From contig JACRCR010000109.1 in NCBI GenBank assembly GCA_016218925.1, positions 42,053 through 106,052 on the forward strand: 64,000 bases of DNA. The letters run 5' to 3'. The notes beneath the pieces are model-generated. The model saw only the letters and a program-made list of their open reading frames with translations. It was not told where the DNA came from and did not search any database. A program made the translations under genes and the position numbers. Positions 36,546 through 46,275 of this stretch are shown in pieces (within the stretch, counting starts at the first letter, position 1; the number at the start of each line of letters is the position of its first letter). This stretch comes from Deltaproteobacteria bacterium. Lineage in GTDB: Bacteria > Desulfobacterota > Binatia > UBA1149 > CAITLU01.

Positions 36546-39341
36546 TCAGTTGAGGCTCTTTCCCTTGAACAGCGTCGGGCTCAGCGCGCCCTGGCTGAAA
36601 ACCGACTCCCAGCAGGTGTCGGCCTGCGTGTCGACGAGTTGGACGGTGTACGAGGTTGCCGGCATCAGCGTATCGGGAAGGTTGTCGCGAACCCCGATCA
36701 CGACGATCTTGGCGCGGCCCTCGGTGCCGGCGATGATCTGCATGAGGTAGACGCCGCCGACGGCGAGCGTCGGGTCTTTGAAACGGTAGCCCTTGATACC
36801 GGTGGCCAGCCAGGGCGGCCCGGACGGCATCAGAATCTGTCCGCCGAGCGAGCCCGCTCCCGGAACATTCGGATACAGACACAGGTTGTAGGTGCCGCCG
36901 GCGGTCGGATTGGCGAGCTCGGCGAACGACGTGGCCGCACCCTTGATCCACTTCCACTTCACGACGTCCTTGGCGTTGTTGGCGTCGTCCTTGACGAGCA
37001 GGGTCGAGACCGAGGCCGCCCGGCAGCCCGTCAGCGGCTGCGCCGCACAGTCGGCCGCGCACACGGCGCTGCACCCGTCATTCGAGTCGGTGTTGCCATC
37101 GTCGCACTCCTCGGTTCCCGAGTCGTTGACCACGCCATCGCCGCAGAATTCGTCAGCGCATGCGTCCGAGCATCCGTCGCCGGAAAGAGCGTTGCCGTCG
37201 TCGCATTGCTCCGTCGTCCCGTTGTTGACGGTGCCGTCGCCGCAGTACTCGGTGACGCAGGCCGTGGTGCACCCGTCGCCTGAGTTGTTGTTGCCATCGT
37301 CGCACTGCTCGGCGCCGTCGTGGACGCGGCCGTCACCGCAGCGCGCGTCCTGACACGCGTTGGTGCAGTCATCGGTGTCGATGAGATTGCCGTCGTCGCA
37401 CTGCTCGCCGGGGCCGACGATCAGGTCGCCGCAGCGGGCGTCCTGACAGGCGTTGGTGCAGGCGTCGGTGTCGATGAGGTTGCCGTCGTCGCACTGCTCG
37501 CCGAAGCCGACGATCAGGTCGCCGCAGCGGGCGTCCTGGCAAGCGTTGCTGCACGCGTCGGTGTCGATGAGGTTGCCGTCGTCGCACTGCTCGCCGGGTC
37601 CGACTATCTGATCTCCACAGCGCGAGTCCTGGCAGGCGTTGGTGCAGGCGTCGGTGTCGATGAGATTGCCATCGTCGCACTGCTCGCCGGGTCCGACGAT
37701 CTGATCTCCGCAGCGCGAGTCCTGGCAGGCGTTGGTTCAGGCGTCGGTTTCGATGAGGTTGCCGTCGTCGCACTGCTCGCCGGGTCCGACTATCTGATCT
37801 CCGCATCGTGCGTCCTGACAGGCGTTGGTGCAGGTGTCGGTGTCGACGAGGTTACCATCGTCACACTGCTCGCCGGGGCCGACGATCTGGTCTCCGCATC
37901 GCGCGTCCTGGCAGGCGTTGGTGCAGGCGTCGGTTTCGATGAGGTTGCCGTCGTCGCACTGCTCGCCTGGGCCGACGATCAGGTCTCCGCAGCGGGCGTC
38001 CTGACAGGCGTTGGTGCAGGCGTCGGTGTCGATCAGGTTACCGTCGTCGCACTGCTCGCCCGGTCCGACTATCTGGTCTCCGCAGCGCGAGTCCTGGCAG
38101 GCGTTGGTGCAGTCATCGGTGTCGATCAGGTTACCGTCGTCGCACTGCTCGCCGGGTCCGACGATCTGGTCACCGCAGCGGGCATCCTGGCACGCGTTGG
38201 TGCACGCGTCGGTGTCGACGATATTGCCATCATCGCACTGCTCGCCGGGTCCGACTATCTGGTCTCCGCATCGTGCGTCCTGGCAGGTGTTGGTGCAGGT
38301 GTCGGTGTCGACGAGGTTGCCATCATCGCACTGCTCGGTCCCGGAGTTGTTCACCACGTGGTCACCGCAGAACTCCGTGCTGCAGATGTCGCTGCATCCG
38401 TCGCCGGCAACGCTGTTGGCGTCGTCGCACTGCTCGGGGCCTTCGGTGACGCCGTCGCCGCACACCGAACAGACATCGGGAGCCGGCACCGCCCTGGGGT
38501 CGTCGACGGGGTTGCCGTCGCCCCAACACTCGGCAAGGCCGGTGGATCGGATCCCACAGGTGTGGAAGGTGCCGGCGGAAATCTTGACGAAAATCCCGGC
38601 GAGGGGCGGGATCTCGCCTTGGTAGCCCCAGCACTCCACGGTGCCGCCGGGCCTGAGCCCGCAAGTGTGCAACGCGCCGGAAGTGATCTGGGTGAAGGTT
38701 CCGGAGAGTGGACTGGCTTGACCCTCTTCGTCGTCGCCCCAGCAAGCCACCGTGCCATCGGTGCGAAGGCCGCAGGCGTGCAACCCGCCGGTGGCGACCG
38801 AGGCGAAGTCGTCGGTGGTCGGAATCGAGTCGTCGGCGGTGCTTTCGCCCCAACACTCCACGGCTCCGCTCGGTCGCAGGCCGCAGGTTCGGTACTCGCG
38901 GGCCGAGACCTGCGTGAACGCTCCGGGCGGCGCCGTGGTCTGGCCGAAGAACCCGTAGCCCCAGCACTCGATCGTTTCGTCGTCGCGCAGCGCGCAGCTG
39001 TGATAGGCGCCGGTGCTGATCTGCGTGAACACTCCGGTAAAGGGCGTGGTCAGGACCGCGATCGGGTCACCCCAGCACTCGACGCTGCCGTCGCTGCGCA
39101 ACCCGCAAGTGTGAAAACCGCCCGCCGACACCTGCGTGAAGACGCCGCCGGGGCTGGTTATCTGCCCGGCACCGTCGTCGCCCCAACACAGTGCGAGGCT
39201 GTCGTCGGTGATGGCGCATGTGTGCGAGTCGCCTCCCGATATCGCGGTGAACCCGCAGTAGGCATCGGCCTCGGCGTGCAACGCAACGGCCAGCACGCCG
39301 GACATCGCGCACATCCACAGCTTTCGTGTGTTCATCATCAT
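36546..39341 (-). CDS. secreted RCC1-repeat / Myxococcus cysteine-rich-repeat protein; single reading frame interrupted by one in-frame TGA at ~37734-37736
   Basis: Signal peptide 'MMMNTRKLWMCAMSGVLAVALHA'. Six or more RCC1-like 'HTCGLRxDGxVECWG' blades. At least 13 copies of a 31-aa 'CGDQIVGPGEQCDDGNLIDTDACTNACQDAR' repeat (TIGR02232-like). The frame is identical on both sides of the TGA. Confidence 0.75.
37130..38400. repeat. 93-bp near-identical tandem array (~13 units) encoding the cysteine-rich repeats
   Basis: Direct reading of near-identical successive 93-bp units. Confidence 0.85.
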
Positions 39342-39544
39342 CCCGTCTCCTCGAACAGCGGCCCGCGGGTTCGAGTCCCGGCGGCTGGCCGGTCCGCGAG
39401 GCACCCCCGTTACCGGTGCGGCGGCGCGCAGGGTATCACGGGCAAACCGATCCACACCAGACGGGATTGGCGCGGTCTGCGCGACCCCGCGCGTGCGCGC
39501 TGGCTCGACTTGCATCGGGACGGGTCCTGCTCGACGGTTGCCCG

Positions 39545-42238
39545 GTGATCAAGGACCCGCAGCGCATCGTCTACCTTCTCGATATCAGCTTCTTCATCTT
39601 TCGCGCCTATCACGCACTGCCACCACTCACTACCTCGGCGGGGGTGCCGACCAACGCCGTGCACGGAGTGTCGGCGATGCTGGAGAAACTCATCCGAGAC
39701 AAGAAGCCACGCTACCTCGGCGCTTGCTTCGACACCGCACGTGCCACTTTCCGGCGTGATCTCTTTCCGGCCTACAAGGCCAACCGTCTCGAGCCCGATC
39801 CGGAGCTGAAGGCGCAATTCCCGTACGTGCGCCGTCTGATCGCCGCGCTGGAGATTCCGGTTCTGGACCGTGCAGGTTTCGAGGCCGATGACATTCTGGC
39901 CAGCTTGGCGCGTCGCTACGAGGCGGAGGGCTTCGAGGTAGTGCTGGTGACCGGCGACAAGGACCTCATGCAGTGCGTGACGGATCATGTCTCGCTGCTG
40001 GATCCGATGCGCGATCTGACGGTGCGCAACAAGGAGGTAGCAGAGAAGTTCGGGGTCGGTCCGCAGGCCGTACCCGAGGTCCTCGGCCTGATGGGTGACT
40101 CTTCCGACAACATTCCCGGCGTCAAGGGAATCGGGCCAAAGACGGCCACCGCGTTGATCGCGCACTTCGGAACCATCGAGGAGATGCTCGCCCGTACCGA
40201 GGAGATCGAGAAGCTGCCGATCCGCGGCGCGGCCGCGGTGCGAAAGAAGATAGAGGAGGGCGCCGAGATGGCGCGTCTGTGTCGCGTGCTGGCGCTGGTA
40301 CGACGCGACCTGGAAATCGAGGTCGAGCCCGCCGACCTCGCACTGGGCGCGCTGGCCACCGACGCGTTGGACGCCCTGGCGGGCGAATTGGAGATGACCC
40401 GGCTCGTGCCGCGAATGAAAGCGCTGGCCGCGCAGTCGGGGTTCGTCCTGCATCAGCCCGCAGAGGCTGGCGCGGCTGCGCCGTCGCGACAACTCTCGCG
40501 GCCCGAGACGAAGCCAGGGCCGGCGCAGGGCCAGCTCGCTCTGGGCGAGGTGCCGTCGCCGACCGCCGTGGTATCTGCGCGGCCGCGGCCGGACTTGCCG
40601 CCGGCCGGGGCGTGGCGCGACCTGAGCCCGGGCCGCCTGTTCGTTGCCTACGGCGGCGCCGACTCGGACGACTGGGTAGTGTCGCTCGGCGACGGCAATA
40701 CCACCGCGACCGTGGCTGGCGGCGACGCCGCTGCCGCAGCGCTGGCGGATCTGGCAGCGCGCGGTGCAAGCCTGGTCGGGCACGACCTCAAGACGCTGTG
40801 CCGCGAGCTTGGCGCGCGAACCGGAAGCGACGGCTTCGACCTCTCGGTGGCATCCTACCTGTGCGACACCTCAGCTGGAGACCATTCGCTGGAGGACGTC
40901 TGCACGCGTTTTCTGGGCGAGGCTCCCGCCGAGCCTCCCCACGGCCCCGAGGCACTCGAGCAGATCCGGCGCGGGTCGGAGCTGCTGGCGGCCCAGCTCG
41001 AAGCGCGCGAGCAGGTCGCCCTGTACCGCGAGCTCGAGCACCCGTTGATCGAGATCCTGGCCGCGATGGAGTCCCATGGCATGCTGCTCGACAGCGCCAG
41101 GCTGCGCGTGATTTCGGCGAGCCTGGAAGGGCGCATGAACGCGCTGGTGGGTCGGATCTACGAGGCCGCAGGCGGTCCGTTCAACATCCTGTCGCCGATC
41201 CAGTTGCGCGAGATCCTGTTCACCAAACTCGGTCTGCCCTCCAAGGGCCTGAAGTCGACCAAGTCAGGCCCTTCCACCGATAGCGAGTCGCTCGAGAGTC
41301 TGGCCGACAAGCACCCGTTGCCGGCGCTGATTCTGGAATACCGTGGCATGGCCAAGCTCAAGTCGACCTATGCGGACTCGCTTCCGCGGCTGGTGGACGA
41401 GGCCGGCCGGGTCCATACCCGGCTCAACCAGACCGTTACCGCGACCGGGCGCCTCTCCTCGAGCGACCCGAATCTGCAGAACATTCCAATTCGCACGGCG
41501 GAAGGGGCGCTCATCCGCGGCGCGTTCATCGCGCCGCCGGGAAGTCTGCTGGTCTCGGCCGACTACAATCAGATCGAGCTTCGCGTTCTTGCGCATCTTT
41601 CCGAGGACGAGAACTTGATCGAGGCTTTCCGCGAGGGGCTCGACATCCATCGGGCCACCTCCGCCGATCTCTTCGGCGTCGCGCCGGAGGCGGTCACGCC
41701 GACCATGCGTCGTGACGCCAAGGTCGTGAACTTCGGGATCATCTATGGAATGGGGCCTGGGCGTCTGTCGCGAGAGCTCGGAATCAGCCGCACCCAGGCC
41801 GACGAGTATATCAAGCGGTACTTCGCCAAGTACCCAGGAGTACGGCGATTTTACGGTAAAATGCTCGACCACGCCCGCGCCCACGGATTCGTCGCGACCT
41901 TGTATGGCAGGCGCCGCTACCTGCCCGATATCAGCAGCGAGCATGGCGGTCGCCGTCAGATGGCCGAACGTGTCGCGACCAATACGCCGATCCAGGGCAG
42001 CGCCGCCGACATCATCAAGCGGGCGATGGTGGCCCTGGCCGCCGAGATCGCCGCGGCGCGTCTCGAGTCCCGCGTGGTTTTACAGATTCACGATGAGTTG
42101 TTACTGGAGTGCCCTGCTGCCGAGGTCGAGGAAGCCACGCGGCTGGTAGCCGGGACGATGGAGCGGGCCGCGCGCCTGCTCGTGCCGATCGTGGTCGACG
42201 TGGGCAGCGGCCACAGTTGGGCCGAGGCCCATGAGTAG
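39545..42238 (+). CDS. polA: DNA polymerase I
   Basis: 5'-nuclease N-terminus 'LLDISFFIFRAYHAL'. Polymerase motifs 'RRDAKVVNFGIIYGMG' and 'QIHDELLLE'. GTG start at 39545 is inferred. Confidence 0.9.
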   Translation: MIKDPQRIVYLLDISFFIFRAYHALPPLTTSAGVPTNAVHGVSAMLEKLIRDKKPRYLGACFDTARATFRRDLFPAYKANRLEPDPELKAQFPYVRRLIAALEIPVLDRAGFEADDILASLARRYEAEGFEVVLVTGDKDLMQCVTDHVSLLDPMRDLTVRNKEVAEKFGVGPQAVPEVLGLMGDSSDNIPGVKGIGPKTATALIAHFGTIEEMLARTEEIEKLPIRGAAAVRKKIEEGAEMARLCRVLALVRRDLEIEVEPADLALGALATDALDALAGELEMTRLVPRMKALAAQSGFVLHQPAEAGAAAPSRQLSRPETKPGPAQGQLALGEVPSPTAVVSARPRPDLPPAGAWRDLSPGRLFVAYGGADSDDWVVSLGDGNTTATVAGGDAAAAALADLAARGASLVGHDLKTLCRELGARTGSDGFDLSVASYLCDTSAGDHSLEDVCTRFLGEAPAEPPHGPEALEQIRRGSELLAAQLEAREQVALYRELEHPLIEILAAMESHGMLLDSARLRVISASLEGRMNALVGRIYEAAGGPFNILSPIQLREILFTKLGLPSKGLKSTKSGPSTDSESLESLADKHPLPALILEYRGMAKLKSTYADSLPRLVDEAGRVHTRLNQTVTATGRLSSSDPNLQNIPIRTAEGALIRGAFIAPPGSLLVSADYNQIELRVLAHLSEDENLIEAFREGLDIHRATSADLFGVAPEAVTPTMRRDAKVVNFGIIYGMGPGRLSRELGISRTQADEYIKRYFAKYPGVRRFYGKMLDHARAHGFVATLYGRRRYLPDISSEHGGRRQMAERVATNTPIQGSAADIIKRAMVALAAEIAAARLESRVVLQIHDELLLECPAAEVEEATRLVAGTMERAARLLVPIVVDVGSGHSWAEAHE

Positions 42239-42269
42239 ACCGGCGATTCTCTGACTGAAAGCGGACTAA

Positions 42270-42905
42270 TTGAGTCCGACCTCGAATAGGTACCGGGCGC
42301 TGGCGTCTATGCCGCAGGACCATGGAGAACGGCGGTTGGAGCCTACCGACGGCGAACTCGTCGATCGCGCCCGCTTGGGCGATCGCGGCGCCGTCGAGCA
42401 CCTACTCGAGCGCTACCAGCGCCGCCTCCTCGGCGTGCTGGTCGGCATGGTCCGCAACCCCGAAGACGCCCGCGAGATTCTCCAGGAGACCTTCATTCGG
42501 GTCTTCCGCAACCTCGAAAACTTCAAGGGCGATTCGTCCTTCTATACTTGGGTGTACAGAATCGCGATGAACCTCGCCATCGACTACCAGCGACGCGACT
42601 CGAAGCGACCATCGGTCGAATTCGACGAAGGAGTCGGTCGCGACGAGGACTCGGTAGGCGACGGTTCGGCGCATCTTGGCGTAAACCCCTTCGAGCGCAT
42701 CCGCAGTCGGGAACTCGGGCAGAAGATTTTCGAGGCGATCGAAAGTTTGACCCCCGATCACCGCGCCGTCATAATTTTGCGCGAGATCGACGGTCTGTCC
42801 TACGAGGAGATCAGCGAAGTCCTCCAGTGTTCGATGGGAACCGTCATGAGTCGTCTCCACTACGCGCGCAAGAAACTTCAAACACGTCTTCATGAGATGC
42901 TTTAG
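42270..42905 (+). CDS. ECF (sigma-24/RpoE-like) RNA polymerase sigma factor
   Basis: Sigma-2 'FYTWVYRIAMNLAIDYQRR' and sigma-4 'LSYEEISEVLQCSMGTVMSRLHYARKKL' regions. Confidence 0.85.
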   Translation: MSPTSNRYRALASMPQDHGERRLEPTDGELVDRARLGDRGAVEHLLERYQRRLLGVLVGMVRNPEDAREILQETFIRVFRNLENFKGDSSFYTWVYRIAMNLAIDYQRRDSKRPSVEFDEGVGRDEDSVGDGSAHLGVNPFERIRSRELGQKIFEAIESLTPDHRAVIILREIDGLSYEEISEVLQCSMGTVMSRLHYARKKLQTRLHEML

Positions 42906-42920
42906 GCGGAACCGTCCCGA

Positions 42921-43679
42921 ATGGGAGTTGCACCGGAGATGACCTGCAGCGAATTCGACAAAGCCTTTGATCCGTACGTCGACGGGCTTCTCGATCCGCT
43001 GAGCGCCGCGGCGGCGCGAATGCACCTGGAGTCGTGTCCGACTTGCGATCGGATGGTCGCTCGTTGGCAACAGTCGAGGATACTTCTTTCGACGGCCGTA
43101 GCAGAGATTGCTGCGGCCGTTGACGTTTCAGGTCTCTTCACCGCGGTGGGCAGCGCGTTGGACGCCGGCTGCGAACTGGAAGATGGCGCGCTGACTCGTC
43201 CGTCGGTCACGCGCGGCGCCAGCCACCAGCGCGAATTTCATGCGGAGCGTGGCGGCGTTTCCGCCAGCGTCGATATCGCGGCTCGTACGGCGCGGCCGGC
43301 CGCGAGAATGAGGCGTTTCTCCGCCATCGGGCGCTTCGTCGCTGTAGCCGGTGGGTCGGCGGTGGCCGCCGCGGCGTCGATAATGCTGCTCGCGCCAGGG
43401 ATGACTCTGCCGGTGCAGGTGGCGACCGAGACGACACCTTCAACCTTCAGCCTGGGTTCGTCGCTGCGGCTGAAGCCGGTGACGTTCACCGCTCCGGAGC
43501 GTCGCGACGGCGGTGTCTGGAGGCCGCTGCTGCCGGTGCCGGCGCTGGTCGACGCGCTCGAAGCCGGCGAAGGGCGCACCGTTTCCACGTGGGTACAGCC
43601 GCGTACCCAGACGCGCGTCATCTGGGTGCAGAGTCGGAACTCGGGGCCTACGCTGCAGACGGCCGGTTACGATAAATGA
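42921..43679 (+). CDS. anti-sigma factor, zf-HC2 type, single-pass membrane
   Basis: 'HLESCPTCDRMV' HxxxCxxC zinc motif and one TM. Immediately downstream of the ECF sigma gene. Confidence 0.7.
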   Translation: MGVAPEMTCSEFDKAFDPYVDGLLDPLSAAAARMHLESCPTCDRMVARWQQSRILLSTAVAEIAAAVDVSGLFTAVGSALDAGCELEDGALTRPSVTRGASHQREFHAERGGVSASVDIAARTARPAARMRRFSAIGRFVAVAGGSAVAAAASIMLLAPGMTLPVQVATETTPSTFSLGSSLRLKPVTFTAPERRDGGVWRPLLPVPALVDALEAGEGRTVSTWVQPRTQTRVIWVQSRNSGPTLQTAGYDK

Positions 43680-44338
43680 TCGGAGGTTTTCGGATGGCCG
43701 CTGCGGCAGCGCTGGCTGCCTCGCTGGCCGCGGGCACGGCAGTGGCCGAACCCAAGACTACGATCAACATCTCGGCAGTGATGGCGTCCAACTCGGGCCA
43801 GGGCAAGAGCTTCGATACGCGCCTGAAAGACCTTCGCGACGAACTCAGGCCGCTTCGTTTCAAGAGCTATCGGTTGGTTTCCAGCGAGTCGCGTACGCTG
43901 CGCGGAAGCGGCGACCAGTGCGGCATGGAGCTTCCCAACGGCCGCTACCTGAACATCACCACTCGCGAGCACACACGCGATCACCTCCGCATCCACATAC
44001 TGCTCAACGAAAACAACCATCCGGTCATCAACACCGACGTCAAACTCGAGCCGGCCTCGGTGGTGCTGATAGGAGGGCCGCACGATGAACACGGCACGCT
44101 GATCATAACGATCGGTACCAAGGCGTTGGCCGAGGGACCCAAGTCGAGCGGTAAGCGCGACGCAGCGGCTCAGGGCTCGGCGGCGGCTCACGCTGCGGCG
44201 GCCGCCCACGCCGCGGCCGCCACGCCGTCATGCAAGCCGTCGGCTCCGCTCAGTCGGGCGCCGGCCCGCAAGTCGTTGCCGTCGGTAGTTCCGCCGCCAT
44301 CGCTCAACGCGCTGGTTCCGGGCGGCAGCGACAAGTAG
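43676..44338 (+). CDS. hypothetical secreted protein (signal peptide), co-operonic with the sigma/anti-sigma genes
   Basis: 4-bp overlap with the anti-sigma stop. N-terminal signal 'AAAALAASLAAGTAVA'. Confidence 0.45.
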   Translation: MIGGFRMAAAAALAASLAAGTAVAEPKTTINISAVMASNSGQGKSFDTRLKDLRDELRPLRFKSYRLVSSESRTLRGSGDQCGMELPNGRYLNITTREHTRDHLRIHILLNENNHPVINTDVKLEPASVVLIGGPHDEHGTLIITIGTKALAEGPKSSGKRDAAAQGSAAAHAAAAAHAAAATPSCKPSAPLSRAPARKSLPSVVPPPSLNALVPGGSDK

Positions 44339-44350
44339 CGGACGGGAGAT

Positions 44351-44668
44351 TTGGCCATGGCCAGCGATTTCGAAGAAATGATGCGCGAACTCCGCCGCGG
44401 CCTCGATGACATCTTCACCAAGGTAGACGGCGCGGAGCACGAAATGCCGCGCGGCGGCCTCTCCACGTTCTTCTCGCCGGTGGATCCATACAACCGCTGG
44501 CCGGTATTCGCGCCGCTGCTCGCGGCCGTCGGCGTCGCGGCGCTGGTGGCTTTTTCCGGTGTCGCGATGGTGGCCTTCACGGCCATGATGCTGGCTCTGT
44601 CGGCGGTCTGGTTCCTGCTCAGCGAAGTGTTCGGCTACGAACTGTCGCTCGCGCCGGTTTCTCGCTAG
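44351..44668 (+). CDS. hypothetical small membrane protein
   Basis: About 105 aa with two C-terminal TM helices. Confidence 0.3.
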   Translation: MAMASDFEEMMRELRRGLDDIFTKVDGAEHEMPRGGLSTFFSPVDPYNRWPVFAPLLAAVGVAALVAFSGVAMVAFTAMMLALSAVWFLLSEVFGYELSLAPVSR

Positions 44669-44707
44669 CCGGCGCTCTCAACCGCCGCTGCCGACGGCGC
44701 CACCACA

Positions 44708-45076
44708 CTAGCGATCCGCGGCGGGCGGATCCAGGGGCCGCGTCCCCGGCGCGTACTTGAGCACCTGGACCTTTTCCATCGTAACCAGACCTTCGGTCAC
44801 CATCTCGTCGAGGACGACCGTCAGGTGTTCGACGTGTTCGGCGGTATCGACGACCTCGATCACGATCGGCAGATCTTCGGAGAGCCGCAGCAGGTGCGTA
44901 GTGTGCAGCACGCTACGAGCGCCGAAGCCTGCGATCCCGTGGAATACCGTGGCACCTGCGAAGCCCTCCTTGCGCAGTCGGGCCAGCAGCGCCATGTGCA
45001 ACGGCTCGTGGTGCCATTTGTCCGACTCTCCGATGAAGATCCTCACCAAGACCTGTTCTCCGCTCAGAACGCGCAT
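44708..45076 (-). CDS. DUF190 (PII-like) protein, typical CrcB companion
   Basis: 'VRIFIGESDKWHHEPLHMALLARLRKEGFAGATVFHGIAGFG' fits DUF190. Downstream of crcB. Confidence 0.7.
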   Translation of the reverse strand: MRVLSGEQVLVRIFIGESDKWHHEPLHMALLARLRKEGFAGATVFHGIAGFGARSVLHTTHLLRLSEDLPIVIEVVDTAEHVEHLTVVLDEMVTEGLVTMEKVQVLKYAPGTRPLDPPAADR

Positions 45077-45100
45077 GAGATGCTCCTTGCCCTGCGTAGC

Positions 45101-45484
45101 TCAGGGGCCGACCAGCCAGCGGGCGGCGGCCCAGCCCGACAGGCAGGCCGCGAGGCAGCCGATCACCGAGACGACGATGTTGGTGACCGCGACCGCCCAG
45201 GCCCCGTCTTGCAGGTACTTCATCGTTTCGTAGCTGAAGGTGGAGTAGGTGGTGAAGCCGCCCATCACGCCGGTGCCCAGCACCAGTCGCAGCGTGGGTG
45301 GTAGCGTCGTCGCTTCGATGCCGAGGTACATGATGATGGCGAGCAGAAACGAACCTATCGTGTTCACCGCCAGAGTGCCGTACGGGAACGAAGTCCCGAA
45401 TACCTGCAGCACCCAGCCCGACAGCAGGTAGCGCGCCCCCGTGCCCACTGCGCCGCCGAGGCAGATCAGCAGAAACCGCGTCAT
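45101..45484 (-). CDS. crcB: fluoride ion channel CrcB/Fluc
   Basis: Four TM helices; 'GTGVMGGFTTYSTFSYE' signature. Confidence 0.85.
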   Translation of the reverse strand: MTRFLLICLGGAVGTGARYLLSGWVLQVFGTSFPYGTLAVNTIGSFLLAIIMYLGIEATTLPPTLRLVLGTGVMGGFTTYSTFSYETMKYLQDGAWAVAVTNIVVSVIGCLAACLSGWAAARWLVGP

Positions 45485-45527
45485 CGCTTCACCTGATCTT
45501 CACGCATCGAGCCATTGCTGCGGCAAT

Positions 45528-46019
45528 CTAACCGAGGTCCCAGCTGAACGGACCGACAGGAGTGGGGATGCCGAGGATCAGGGCGCACGCGGCGGCCGCT
45601 GCGTCGCAGGCCGCGGCATCGTGGAGGTTCTCGTCGAACGCGTCCGTTTCGGGGCGCGGCGCCACCTCGGGCAGCGGGGCCAGCGGGTGACATCCGCTGG
45701 TGAACGCCGCGTTCTCCAGCCGGTACCAGAATATCGGCAAACCCGAGCGCAGCAGTTGCTGTCGCCGGCCTTCGCATAGTGCATCCACGCCGGCAACCAC
45801 TACCGCGCCCGGCGGCGGTGAACACGAGGCCTCGTCGCCGTCGTCTCGCACGACCGCCACACCGGCGGCGCGCAGATACAGACAGGCCTGTGCGACGCCA
45901 CGCGCAGCGCCGAGAACCAGCACGCGAGATCCGAGCAAGCGCTCCTGGCCCTGCGCTCCGATGCCAGGAACGATGACCTGACGCGAGTATCGCTCGAGTT
46001 GCTCGTCGCTCAGCGGCAT
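45528..46019 (-). CDS. short ThiF/MoeB-like (E1-like) protein, 163 aa, probably truncated or minimal
   Basis: 'LERYSRQVIVPGIGAQGQERLLGSRVLVLGAARGV' shows YSRQ and GxGxxG, but the C-terminal half is absent. Confidence 0.5.
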   Translation of the reverse strand: MPLSDEQLERYSRQVIVPGIGAQGQERLLGSRVLVLGAARGVAQACLYLRAAGVAVVRDDGDEASCSPPPGAVVVAGVDALCEGRRQQLLRSGLPIFWYRLENAAFTSGCHPLAPLPEVAPRPETDAFDENLHDAAACDAAAAACALILGIPTPVGPFSWDLG

Positions 46020-46026
46020 CGGCGTG

Positions 46027-46266
46027 CTACTCGATCACGTTTTTCTCGATCGGTTCGACCTTGACGCCCTGACCCGCGATCCACTTGACGGCGGCGTTGA
46101 TCTCGTCCTGGTCGCCTTCGAGTTCGAGTGCGACGATGCCGATGTGGTCGGAGACGGAGGCCGCGCGAATGTTGGTTACCACGCGGAACTTCTGCCCGAC
46201 CCAGTAGATGACGGGTTCCTTGATGCGGTCTTGATTGTAGGTGAGATAGAAGCGTTCGATCGACAT
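46027..46266 (-). CDS. small NIL-domain-like protein
   Basis: 79 aa; 'VTNIRAASV...GIVALELEG' resembles the NIL (MetN C-terminal-like) fold. The assignment is tentative. Confidence 0.4.
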   Translation of the reverse strand: MSIERFYLTYNQDRIKEPVIYWVGQKFRVVTNIRAASVSDHIGIVALELEGDQDEINAAVKWIAGQGVKVEPIEKNVIE

Positions 46267-46275
46267 TGGTTGATC

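Noticed and set aside
37734-37736. Selenocysteine recoding of the in-frame UGA
   Set aside because: Not excluded, but considered unlikely. The flanking sequence is an ordinary repeat unit identical to its neighbours, so no distinct SECIS hairpin is evident. It is reported as a pseudogene or read-error candidate instead.
37320-39548. 742-aa plus-strand ORF rich in Ala/Gly/Val
   Set aside because: It is the antisense frame of the minus-strand cysteine-rich repeat gene. Its repetitive low-complexity translation is a high-GC artefact, and the minus frame has a signal peptide and recognisable domains.
45484-45560. Fluoride riboswitch expected upstream of crcB
   Set aside because: The minus-strand sequence upstream of crcB lacks the conserved crcB-motif elements and overlaps the 3' end of the preceding ThiF-like ORF. 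crcB appears to be co-transcribed from upstream instead.
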